A stretch of 64,000 nucleotides of DNA, taken from the NCBI GenBank assembly GCA_021613535.1, contig CP075494.1:2852001-2916000 (forward strand), in the 5' to 3' direction. This stretch comes from Adineta vaga. Its lineage: Eukaryota; Animalia; Rotifera. The number at the start of each line of letters is the position of its first letter. Position 1 is the first letter of the stretch. Under the pieces are notes generated by a model, which did not search any database, had not been told where the DNA came from, and was given only the letters and a program-made list of their open reading frames with translations. Positions 51,001 to 63,417 of the stretch are shown here, piece by piece. The translations under genes and the position numbers were made by a program.

Positions 51001-54000
51001 GGAAATTTTTCGATCTCATCAGTTGGTGTTGGTCCAGCATCTGTTACTTTTATGTCAATCACTGCATCAACAAGTCGACCGATAATAACACGTAAGTTTC
51101 TCATGAAATTTTTTATGTCATTAATATAATTTTTTGTAGCGTCCACTCCATCGCCTATATTAGCAAAATATGCCGGTGCATTATCCGCCAACAGTCCAGG
51201 ATTCTTTCGACCTCTAGCCTTGACAAATGAATACCACTATTTTCAAGCTTTACAAGTCACTGTATCCACAGCTGGTATTTACATATTCACGAGCAATAGC
51301 TCTATGGATACAAGAGGCTATTTTTATCAAAAATCTTTTGATCCATCCGATCCAACAACAAACTTGGTTACTGATAATGATGATGGTGGTGGTAAATTGC
51401 AATTTCGTATTCAGGTATACTTACAACCTGGACGTACATATTATTCTTGTGGTCACAACACATAGACACAATATTATGGGAGATTTCGAGGTCTTAGCCG
51501 TTGGTCCCACTTTCGCCAGTCTTACGCCGATTGTACCGTCAACAAGTCGACCCATAACAACACGTAAGTTCTCTAGCAGTGATCCAAACTAAACTAATTC
51601 TTTTGTGAATTTATTTTAGAACCAACAACACCTACGTATCCGACGTCTTTTGTGGGCGAATTAGCGACTAGCAGTTCAATATTTTATCGACCTCAAAGTT
51701 GGTCAAACGATTACTACTATTTTCAAGCAATACAAGTTAACGTACCTATGAATGGTACTTATGTTTTCACGAGCAACAGCTCAATCGACACTAGAGGCTA
51801 CTTTTATCAAAATAGTTTTGATCCATCAAATGCAACGATAAACTTGATTGCTGACAATGATGATGGTGGTGGTAATAAGCAATTTCGTATCCAAGTTAGT
51901 CTCGAATCTGGAAAAACGTACATTCTTGTGGTAACAACACATAAGGAACAAGTTACGGGAGCCTACACTGTTTTAGCTGTTGGTCCAGCCATCGCCAGTC
52001 TTTCGTTCATTACACCATCAACGAGTCGACCTATTACAATACGTAAGTTTCTCACCAATGTTTTCTCCAAGATTCGAGTATATGTTGATTTCTTATTCAT
52101 TTTTTGTGGCATGCATTTAAAACATCGTTTGTCTTGAATTCTTTTAGCTTCTACAACCCCTTCTGTACCATCGACGTATACAGGTGCACTATCTCCCGAT
52201 GGTTTAAGTTTTTCGCGACCTGGGGATACGACAAAACGTCGGTTCTACTTTCAAGCGATTCAAGTCAGTATATCTACAGCTGGTACTTACAAGTTCAGAA
52301 GCAACAGTACAATAGATACCAGAGGCTATTTCTATAATGACACTTTCTATCCATACAATGCAACAGCGAATTTGATTACCGATAATGATGATGGCGGTGG
52401 TAGTTTGCAATTTCTCATTGAAGTTTATCTCCGGGTTGGTCAGACGTACGTTCTGGTGGTCACAACACATAGAGAAAATGTTACGGGAAGTTTCTTAGTA
52501 TTAGCCACTGGACCAGCTGTCGCTAGTCTTGTACCAATAACACCACCAACAACTACATCGACAACAACACGTAAGTTGTTCGTGAATAATTTGTTCTTAA
52601 TAGGTTACGTGACTAAACTGTCCACGGGGCTTAGCTAAGTCTATAAGAAAGTCGAGAGAAGATCGGTATCACCGATGGATGTAAAAAGTTGTGTAGAAGT
52701 TTAAAGAAATTACTCACGGTTTATACAGTATTTATCTATCACAATTGTTTTACCCTGATCTCGGGTATAAGATATGGATGTTGTTATCATCAATTTTTTG
52801 CGACAGTTTATTTTAACACCTGTCTCTGAAACTTCTTTTCATAATTTCTACTTTCTTTATTTTGTAGCATCTACTATGCCTTCCATATTGACATTCTACA
52901 TCAATGCAATATCGTCCACTAGTCCAACATTTTACCGGCCGAATGGTGGTAGCAACGGTTATTACTATCATGCTTTGGAAGTCACTGTGTCCATAAGCGG
53001 TACTTACTCCTTCAGTGTCGATTCGTATGTCGGTGCTGTTAGCTATCTTTATGATACATCTTTTGATCCCTTAAATCCGTCAACAAATTTGATCACTCAA
53101 CAAGATAATAGCCGCATTGTTCTTCAATCTGGACGTAAATACATTCTCGTCGTCACGACCTCTCAACCATCTATTATGGGATCGTTCTGGATATCGGCTC
53201 GTGGTCCTGCTACACTTACTCTAACATCGATGGAAACACCAACAGGTAAGCCAGTAGAACACGAAATTAGAGTCGTACAAAATGAATCACAGTAGATGTA
53301 CGTGAGAGTTTATCTGTGAATTGAAATTAGTCGATGAAACTGAGGAAATAAATCCGATAAGTACATTATAGTTTGGAACAAGGAAGTGCTTGAATTATAC
53401 CGACAAATTAAATAAATTTTGGCATACTTTTAATGTTTGGGTAACTAAAATTAGAAGCTACTTGAAAATGATCACATGAAAAAAGAAATCATTCACTAGA
53501 AACAAAGAGTTTAGATTGAGGAAATATTCTTTTACTTGTTTTTGATTTCATCTTAATTAGATATGAAATTACAGACCATACTAAGAAAAAATCTCGACAA
53601 AAAAGTCTATAGATAAGTTATACAGTCGAGTAAATTTTCCCATCAAACGCTTATTCTGCCATTGATCAGAGAAACAATAGTTTTGAAAAAAGAAAGTTAA
53701 TTAAATGCTAATTAGACTAGAATTGCTTTATTTTTATGATTTGTTCGATGAAATAATTGCTTTGAAAACAGTAAGAAGTGATAAAATGTGGATTGAATTA
53801 TGTCCACAAGAATGTATCGATTTTTAAACAGCTTCAGTCTCAACCTCAACCATCCTTGGTTTATATGATCATTTGCGACGAATGTTTTGATACTTATACT
53901 ATCTATTTTTTAATCTTGATCTTTGTAATGATAATCGTATGATTTACATTATTTGATGGATTATTTAGTCACTACGACGGATGGTCCAACTCAATCGACG

Positions 54001-54383
54001 CAAGGTGTATCAAGTACTACTCTTGGATCATCGGCAACAATCGAAACAGGCACAATAACAATAACTGGTAAGTTGATCGATTTATCAAATGTTGCTTATT
54101 GATCATCAACTGATCAAAAAGAACTTTATTTTGAGTAGTTTCCTATTCGGGTTCTCTGAATAAAATATATCTAGGCTTTTATATATGTATAATTTATTGT
54201 GCCCTATGATCTTAAAAGAGTTCTAAAGAGACAGTAATTCATTTAATAAGTATGTCCATTAGCAAAACTTCATAAAAATAGGAAATTCAAAAAGATTTTT
54301 TTATATTCTGTTTGATATGTTTTTTAGTCGTGTGTATGCTGATCATTTCAACACTACAAATATTTCAACAGCGTATATTCTAA
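48034..54383 (+). CDS. Surface protein with nine tandem PPC-like beta-sandwich domains (one per exon), S/T stalk and hydrophobic C-terminus (GPI-like)
   Basis: Signal exon 48034-48121; repeat exons 48668-49087, 49188-49595, 49644-50069, 50120-50542, 50663-51091, 51140-51563, 51620-52042, 52148-52570, 52868-53245; tail exons 53969-54067 and 54328-54383. All introns are phase 1. Motif YFQAI.V...GTY.FTS.S.IDT.GYFY..SFDP..P..NLI..DDD.G....F.I.V.L..G.TYILVVTT. Confidence 0.85.
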
Positions 54384-54510
54384 TTGAACTACAATGATAT
54401 TTTTTATTTGTTCAAACAAATAGTTCGGCCATTTTTTATGTTTGAAGTATTTTTTCAATAAAGATTGATTACTATTAATTAAAAGTAACGAATTCTACGA
54501 AAGAATTACG

Positions 54511-54657
54511 CAGGTGAAGGTGTGGGTAAGATTGGATATGGGCGTACCTAAGAGAATAGTGTAGATTCAGAAATGAGATCTTCACACTCACATTCAGAAC
54601 ATCACACGTCAATTTATCTACATGGGTCTATCACACCCACAACCACACCCTCAAGAT
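54511..54657. repeat. Telomere-like inverted element, long spacer
   Basis: CAGGTGAAGGTGTGGGT...CACACCCACAACCACACCCTCAAGAT. Confidence 0.72.
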
Positions 54658-55775
54658 TTTTAAAATCTTAGATTGTCTACTTATCTTTTCAATTTTTTAT
54701 GTTAGATTTGAACAAGGCTTTGTAACATTTTAAATTTGACATATATTTCATCTCGTGAAATGAACAATTAGACTAAACAGAAACATAGATTTATTTCATT
54801 CATAGAAATACGAACTGATATAAAAGAAAAAATAAAGTTTTCAACTCTATCTCAACTCCTATAGACATTTTAATCGATTTGTATAAGTATTTGGAAGAAA
54901 ATTCATTCATTTTTGAACAAACAGTATTCTCTTCTATGATAAAATTAGAAAGAAGATCATTCAACAGATACTAATAAAACCAAGAAAAATTTATAATTAG
55001 ACCTATTTTCCTATTAAATAGATCCATCTTTTCTCTCTTGCATTCACTGTTTCATCAAATATCTTGAAATGACATAGTTGTTCTCACTTTGTATATTTTA
55101 ATTTTCATGAAATGTTTTTTTCTTATGATCCCTGTAGTTCTAGAATTATGCATTTACGTCATTGCGACGTAAAAATAATCAGCTTTCTTTTCTGTCACAT
55201 TCATTTGAAATTTTTACGCATTGTATTAATGTCAACATCAGCATTTCTCTATTCCTTTCAAGAAAATCTATTTAAATATGGTGGTCATATACTTATAGCT
55301 ATTGGTACTATAAGTTCTATATTGAATCTAATAGTATTTACACAGAATACTCTACGAAAAAATCCATGTACAATATGTTTTATTACTTTTAATAGTGTCA
55401 ATCTTGTTTACTTCTACTTGGGTCTTCTTTTGGTAGTACTCGGATATGGTTATGGTATCGATTCAAGTGCAACTAACATAGCCTTTTGTCGATTTCGTTA
55501 CTATATAGGGTTCCTTTTCGCATCTTGGGAATCGTCTTGTCTCATTTTAGCCTCTATTGATCGGACATTAGCCACTTCACCAAATGCTTCAACAAGAAAA
55601 CTTAGCACACGTCGATTGATTATTATAATTATCATTATTATATGTTTATTTTGGGCAATATTTCATGTTCATGCATTAATTCATATGCAAATCCTTCAAT
55701 ATGGACCTAATTATTTCATTTGCTATTATGAACTAGGTGCATATACAACATTCGTCACTTATTATTCACTTTTAA

Positions 55776-57945
55776 CCCTTTGAGGACCGCTGACCCATAT
55801 GTGAGTCGTGACGTTTTTTTCATAAATTTATGTCATGTATTCTTTCCTTACGTCATATGTACTTTTCGATCTTCTATATTCTTCCATGACGTCATGTGTT
55901 CTTCCTTTACATCATATGTATTGTTCGATTCTCTTCCATTACGTCACATGGATCTTTCTATTCTGTTCTCGTTGATCTTGTTCAAAACCTATATATAGTC
56001 TTTCACTTTTCATAATAAATGAATTGTGTTTATCGCATACAACTATCTTTGGCTATTGCCTAATAGAAGCAATCAGTATTTCCGAAAGGATCAACTTCAC
56101 AAAATTTTACTTTTGATATCATTGAAAAATGGCGCGTCGCAAAACTTCTTCAGATCACGAAATTTCAGAAATTTTACAAAACGCTGAATCTGCAAGTGAA
56201 TCAAGTGAAGATGATATCGAACAAAACTATGAATCTACTGATGATTCTGGAGAACCGAACGACATCTCTATGCGTTCTGCAAATATTTCCAACTCATCGA
56301 ATGATGATAATTCTCCACCACCGAAAAGAAAAAATGGCCCCACCAGAGAGAAAATGGAAAGAGGGTACGTTTATTCCAAAAATTGAACAATTTACTATTA
56401 CCCATTCTGGAATTTCAAACAACTTACTAAACACTTCTTTGGAAACACCACTTGATTTCTTTGAACTTTTTTTCGACTCATCACTTATTGGAAATATTGT
56501 AACACAAACTAATATTTATCAAAATCAGAACAATTCTACCGCTGCAGCAAAAACTGCTCCATGGATCGACACAAATATTCAAGAAATGTATGTTTTTTTT
56601 GCTGCTGCTATACTCATGTCTTATACCAAGAAAAATCGTATAAAAGATTTTTGGTCCACTGATGATCTTATCTCAACGCCAATTTTCGGTAGATTATTTA
56701 CACGGAACAGATATTTATCACTTTTACGTTATTTGCATTTCAACGACAATATATGTTCTACTCCCGGTGATCGACTCGTCAAATTAAAACCTATTTTACT
56801 GAATTTGAAAGAAAAATTCAGTAAATCTATGTACCCATACAAAAATCTTGTGATCGATGAAAGTTTGATGTTGTGGCGAGGAAGACTACTATTCAAGCAA
56901 TACATACCAACTAAGCGACATCGATTTGGTGTTAAATTATTTATATTATGCGACTGCAAAACTAGATATATATTGGATTTCATTATATACACGGGAAGTA
57001 CAACTGAAATAAAAGAATTTCCTTCATTGGGAATATCAGCATCAATCGTCATGACACTCATGGAAAAATATCTTCAAGTTGGTCATGTACTTTATTTGGA
57101 TAATTGGTATTCCAGTCCTGCTCTATATGAAACACTACATGACATGAAAACTGGAGCTTGTGGAACAGTCCGCTCAAATCGTATTGGCTTGCCGAAAATT
57201 CTCAAGAAATTGAAAGAAGGAGAAAAAGTGTCTCAATTTACAGATAATCTCTTATATCTCAGATGGTATGATAAGAGGGAGATAAACATGCTGACTACTG
57301 TCCATAACGATGACATGATTCGAACTGGAAAAATCAACCACATCACAAATGAACCAGTTGTAAAACCGCTATGTATTGTGGACTACAACTCAAATGTGGG
57401 AGCAGTAGATAACACAGATATGCAAGTCAGTTTTTCTGAATGTATCAGAAAAACAGTTAAGTGGTACAAAAAGTTATTTTTTCACATTTTGGACATGACT
57501 CTTCTCAATGCTTACATTATGTACAAGGAAAAAACTGGGAAAAGACTCAAGTTTTTAGATTATCGCCTAGAAGTTGTACGTGAGATCGTTCAAAAGTTTG
57601 GAAATATGAAAAAAGAAGGTAGAGGAAGACCATCATTGTCATCAACACCTCTTCGTCTTACCGCAAGACATTTTCCATCCCGTATACAATTAAATGGTGA
57701 GCAAACTATCCGAAGACGAAGATGTATTGTCTGCAGTAGAACAGAACTTGGACCAAAAAAGCGTACCAATACTTTATATGAATGTGTCGAGTGTGATGTT
57801 GGTTTATGTGTCGATGAATGTTTTAAAAAATATCATACTTTAAACTGTTTTTAAATAGATATGGACCCTTTTCATGTGTTTTAGAAAGTAAAAATAAAAA
57901 TAAAAAAGCTTAATTTCTTTCAAAATTAAACCGGTCCCCAAAGGG
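55776..57945 (+). mobile_element. Full-length piggyBac DNA transposon (2170 bp)
   Basis: TTAA TSDs at 55772-55775 and 57946-57949; 14-bp TIRs CCCTTTGAGGACCG / CGGTCCCCAAAGGG (13/14 match); four subterminal TTCC.T.AC.TCA repeats at 55845-55950. Confidence 0.97.
56129..57854 (+). CDS. piggyBac transposase (PGBD4-like)
   Basis: DDD triad (VIDESL, YLDNWYSS, GAVDNTD) and C-terminal Cys-rich domain (CIVC...CVECDVGLCVDECFKKYH). The acidic N-terminus from 56129 joins via a 1-bp shift in the A run at ~56330. Confidence 0.93.
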
Positions 57946-58396
57946 TTAATCAATAGTCTATTTCCACCTGTTCTCATGTTCATTTTTGGATTTTGGACAG
58001 TGAAAAATATTCGTAGAATTCGTCGTCCAGTGCGATACTCTGGTACGACTAATTTAAACGTTGCTGTGATTGGTAGACCACAAATACTTCAATCAAAAGA
58101 TCAACAGTTGATTCGGATATTACTTGTGGAACTTATCACTTATATTCTGTGCAAATGTCCAATTACAACCTGCTATATTTATCTAGAAATTACACGACAT
58201 ACTGAAAAAAGTACAGAACAAGAACTGATTGAACAATGCATTTTATCATTAACAATTTTCGTGTATTTTATCGAGAATAGTATTAGTTGTTATGCAAATA
58301 TCTTGGTATCAAAAACCTTTCGTTCAGAACTAAAACGTATTTTGTTCAATGTTCGTCAAGTGTGTCGATCATCACATTATTAGCTATACCAAATAT

Positions 58397-58448
58397 CGGG
58401 TGTGGGTATCTATACTATCTATTTATATTACACCCACACCCTCAAGAT
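58397..58448. repeat. Telomere-like inverted element 14 nt after a GPCR stop codon
   Basis: CGGGTGTGGGTAT...TACACCCACACCCTCAAGAT. Confidence 0.8.
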
Positions 58449-59156
58449 ATGTGATATGCTTTGTTGATTGCTAATTAGGAGAAATCCAAATCTTTAATTT
58501 TCTATATAAAATTTTGATGAAAATAGTAGAATTCTATTTTCTACGACATTTTCTTCTCTTTCTGTTTCTTTCTCTGCCAAGTCTCGTTACGTAACTTCTG
58601 CATACACATTGTCTGTTCTAATTCTATTCATTCACTCTATTATACCATATTCATCTTGGATGTCCTTGAAGAAGATCTTTTTAATTTCTATAAAAAACGT
58701 GCCTTTTTTTGAGAAACTCCACACTCTCTATTCTATAAACAAACGCTAGCTTGTTATCTAAAAATTATATACCATATATATATAGAATAAAAACCATCTT
58801 TCCATCTCAATTAATAACTGTTTGATAGACTATATTCTCATTTTCATATGGTAAAATAGAGTTTATTAAAACAAATCTCTTTATATTGTATAAATGTTCA
58901 TCCATCAAAAGTAATTAAATTATTCTTCAGTAGAAATATCTAGTCATTTTTAATCTTACACATAAATGAACAAAAATAGAAGAAGTTACATATATGTCGT
59001 AGGATAGATTAAAATTTTCTTTGATTTGCATGAGTTCAGTTTAAAATACTCTTAGTTGAAATCAAAATTATTTTAAAGTGAGGCGAATATAACTTCAGCA
59101 CGACATATATATTAAAAAGCAACATTTAATAAAGCATTTTTACATTTCCTGCTAAG

Positions 59157-60089
59157 ATGAATACATCAACACAACTTTTTCTAAATGAATCTATTACAAT
59201 AACTGTTGAATCTTGGTTTATTCCAGCCGATCTTCTTACAATAATATGGATTAGTATTGGTATTCTATTATCAACAATATTTTTCTTAGCAATTCTCTTC
59301 GATCGAACATGTTATACCGTACCAATGATGTTAACTGCTAATTCATGTTTACTTGGAATTATTTTTGGTTTACTTATTCTTAATATGCGTATATTTACAT
59401 TTCATAATGATCGTAAACAAATTCAATATATCGATTTCTTTTGTAGTTTTCGAGGATATTTTGGTTATGCATCATGTTCAATACAGAATTGTTCGTACTT
59501 ATTACAAGCACTTTATCGATATGTAACTGTTGTTTACCCTAACCGTTTATTTTGGCATTCAGCAAAATTTCAATTGATTCTCATCGGTTTTACATGGATT
59601 TTTGGTTTATTATATCCTATTGCTTTTCTATTTACCGGCGAAATAATTTATAATGTTGATAATCAAATATGTCAACTCCCACTTCGATTATCATTTTCAA
59701 TAATTTACATGGCTAATTTCGCTTATATGACTCCGGTTTCATTAACAATGATTGTTTATTTTCTATTAGTTCGATTTGTAAGACAAATGACTAAACGTGT
59801 AACACCAACAAATACATTATTACGTGCTCGTCGAGAGTTAAAAATGGTTCGACGTACAGTTATCTTAGTCTTTATTCTATTTACTCTTTGTTTTCCATAT
59901 GCATTATTTATTTTCATGTCCTTTTTTATGACCATACCCAAATATCATTTTCGAATTGCTTATATATTTCTTGATACAGCATATGTCTTTGTTATGATTG
60001 CTCTATTTCAATTTACAGATCAACTTAATGCATCATTAAAACGACGAATTGATCGACGACCAACAAGAATATCACCAACAATGACTTAA
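59157..60089 (+). CDS. Rhodopsin-like GPCR, intronless, different subfamily
   Basis: 7 TM segments, LQALYRY (DRY variant), RELKMVRR, CFPY. Confidence 0.88.
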   Translation: MNTSTQLFLNESITITVESWFIPADLLTIIWISIGILLSTIFFLAILFDRTCYTVPMMLTANSCLLGIIFGLLILNMRIFTFHNDRKQIQYIDFFCSFRGYFGYASCSIQNCSYLLQALYRYVTVVYPNRLFWHSAKFQLILIGFTWIFGLLYPIAFLFTGEIIYNVDNQICQLPLRLSFSIIYMANFAYMTPVSLTMIVYFLLVRFVRQMTKRVTPTNTLLRARRELKMVRRTVILVFILFTLCFPYALFIFMSFFMTIPKYHFRIAYIFLDTAYVFVMIALFQFTDQLNASLKRRIDRRPTRISPTMT

Positions 60090-60622
60090 ACAAATAAATT
60101 TTCTGTCGTTTTCTAACTTTTATGTCGAAGAATTATATAGTATGAGAGTGAAAGTGCATGACAAGACGTTTCTTTTTTTGATACTTTATTTATTTACAAA
60201 AGAATAGATACAATATCATTGACGTAGGTTTCATGAGTTTACGGTACAAAATATGATTTTTACAAAAATTCCAAAAGAATAATTAATAAATCTTTCAGTT
60301 TATAAATTTATATCGATTACATATTTATTCTACCAAATGAAAATAGAAAATGACGAACAAAGATCAGTACCCATACCTTTTAATGAACTTTTAGTTTTAT
60401 GTTCCTCATTATCATCAGAATAGTAAATTGAAAGTCTACATTTATTTATTCAAAATGATGACGGCACAGTTATTTTCTATAAATCTCAATACGGTAGAAA
60501 GAAATCCAAACAGATTAAAGACGCGATAGAAGAAACTATAGCCATATGGTAATCCTCCGATTCATCATCTTTCCACATACTTAGCGATAAAATTGTGTTA
60601 GTAAATTTCTTTAGAGGAATAT

Positions 60623-63417
60623 TTATTCTTTTTGTTGATTCGAAAATCGAATAAGTTGAACAAGATTTTCTAAAGATGTGTCTTTTTTTTAAAATCGAAC
60701 CGTTGTTTAATAAATTTAATTAAAGGACGAATTGTTAATTTAATACCAAGACAAATTAAACCAAATAAATCCAAAAATATAACTATAAAGAAAAAGGAAA
60801 AAGAAAATGAACTAAATAGAAATGAATTTACTTGAAAAAAGAATAACATGTAAGATAATTTCTGTCTGACGAGCAATGGGTTCTTGAATATTTTTCATAA
60901 AAAATTCTGATTGACTTATATCAATTGAAAAACTAATTCGATCAGATAAATATCGTTGATATTCGCCATTTTTTTCGAAAACTATTTTATCAGAAAATCT
61001 TTCCATTGTTAATGTTGGTATCCATATTCCACTAAATATTGTTTCATCCATATCTCGATAACCAATTGTTCGATTAACTTGTTTTGTTAATTTAATTTTC
61101 ATATTTCCATTCATTGTTAATGTTTCATTGTTTTCAGAAAATAATTGACAAAAATCAAGTTTTTGTAATTGATAGATTTGATTATTTTCATTTCTTGACA
61201 AATCGGAAAGACAAATTCGAATAGCTCCAATAAAATAAGGTCCAATTAAATCATATTGTCTTGTAATGAAATGTTGTGATAATAATGTTGACACTGAAAG
61301 AATCGTTTTATTTTCATTATATGAACAATTGAAATTATTCAAGCGAACATCTTCTTCAATTATTAAATGATGACAACGAAAAGCAGTTCCAATAAAATCA
61401 ATACGAAGAATAAGATTTTGTTTATCAAGCATTGTAAAAATCGGTTTTTCATCTTCATGTTGACCTATTGTAAGAAGTTGTAAACCACTAGTGAATTTTG
61501 TATTTGACATTGAAGATTCACATGAAGATTTTAATGAAAAGTTTTCAATTGGATAAAGATTTGTAAATGAAATTGTAAATTTTATAGTAAAAATTAAAAG
61601 TATAAGAATAGGAAAGATCATTAATCCTCCAAGCCATGATTCACCTTCACCGATTAAATCAAGATGTCGAAAGAATCTTTTGAATAGAATTTCTTTTCGA
61701 TGAAATTTCGGAAAATATTTGAAAATATTTATAAGAAGAAATAAAAGAAAAGCAAATCCAATTGCTAAACAAGTCCAAAACAATGATGATTTTATTAAAC
61801 ATTGTGGTGATGATATTGTTGTTAAATCAAATATATTTTTTAATAAAATATCATCAAATTCAACTAAATCAGGTGAATTTGGATATGGAATAACTTGATC
61901 ATATGATAAAATATCATTCAATAAAATTTCATTTAATGAACCACGAAAACATAAAGAAGTTTCATTTTCTAAACATAATTCACATTCAATACCTGAATTT
62001 CCATTATTTTTTCTTTTTAATGGACAAATAAAACAAGGACCAATACTTGTTGTATTTCTCGATGTACCTGGAAGACATTCAATTGATTTATAGATTTCCA
62101 TTGTTGTTATATCATGTTCAATTTGACATGAACAATAACCCGGAGAACTACTTGATAAAAGAAGTACAACACCAATATTAAGTAGTATACCTAGATGAGA
62201 ATTATAAGATATAATTGTTAATATACTATATGGTAAAGATTCATAATTTAATATCGGAAGTATTTGTTGATTATTTGGATAAATTATTTCTGGTGTCGAA
62301 TTGAATTCATCAAGAGAATAAATCTAAATATTTAATTTAAAAAGATGATATTCATAATCAGATCTTGTCTGTAGACTTTAGTCTTTTAATCGATCGAAAA
62401 ACTCACTTGTATTTGTGATGTTGACCATGGCAGTGTTGATAATGAATAAGCAAGTACAGCAAATGTTTTATTATCAAGTAAAACAAGAGATTTTCCAAAT
62501 AAAATTCCTTTTTGTGGATGAATATAGTTTTGTAGAATTAAAATTTCATTATTTATATAAAAAGTTTTCCAAGACAAAATCATAATCATATTTAAATAAG
62601 GAATTCCAATAATAAATAAATCAATATGATCAAGAAGAGATATTGATATCATAGAATTACGCGTTATATCAATTGAACTTGAACCAAAATTATATTTAGA
62701 TAATTCAGTTAATGAAGAAATAGTTAAATTATCTATTGAAGTGAAATTTAAAACAATTAAATACGAAAGAAATTGAATATTAATAAATCTTTGACCAACA
62801 ATAAATAGAAAATGATTTTCATTAATTATTAAAGATTTTGGAAAGAAATAATTTTCATTTTTATGAACAAATTCTGTATTAATTATCGATGTATAATTTG
62901 TTTCAATATCGTAACAAATAATATAATAAATTCCAATTGCATAAGCTCGTTTTCCATATGGATCCATTCCAACAAGAGAATGTTCTTGCATTCGAAAATC
63001 AGTTATATTTATTGAAATATAATTCGAAATGCTTACACAACCATTTGAAATTGATGTAAGAGAAACAATTGATAAGAAAACATCTCGTCGTCTATTTTCA
63101 TTAATATAAGAAAATGTTAATTGATGTTCAGTTTGTTTTATTCCAATAATAATATTATAAATAAAATGTGTTAATGACGTTAAACTTCTTTCAATTGTTC
63201 TATAAGGTAAAATACATTTAATTGATTCATTACTAAATGGATTTCGAATAATTGTAAATTGTTCTTTATCATTTTGAGCAAATATACTTAAATATTCATT
63301 TATTGCTAAAAGAGATCCATATGAATCATATTCATTTATATTATTTGGTGGAAGTACAAATTCATTATGAACAAATCTATTTATAATAAATAAGAATATC
63401 CAATAGAAGAAATTCAT
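60623..63417 (-). CDS. Large signal-peptide-bearing membrane protein of unknown function, multi-exon
   Basis: ORFs 63417-62386, 62101-60812 and 60876-60670 are joined by short introns; signal peptide, Cys-rich CLPGT..CFICP module, 2+1 TM segments. Confidence 0.7.

Larger units (their letters stand above)
55229..58383 (+). pseudogene. Rhodopsin-like GPCR disrupted by piggyBac insertion (55229-55775 + 57950-58383)
   Basis: Removing the element and one TTAA restores YYSLL|INSLFPPVLMFIFGFWTVKNIRR in frame; LASIDR and SKDQQLIRIL motifs. Confidence 0.92.

Noticed and set aside
12360-60700. Recurrent 1-bp frameshifts in otherwise intact genes (~12366, 12712, 22475, 30693, 34272, 39007, 51440, 56330, 60685) as programmed frameshifting or mass pseudogenisation
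   Set aside because: Most lie in homopolymer runs, the signature of long-read consensus error; read-level polishing is needed before any biological claim.
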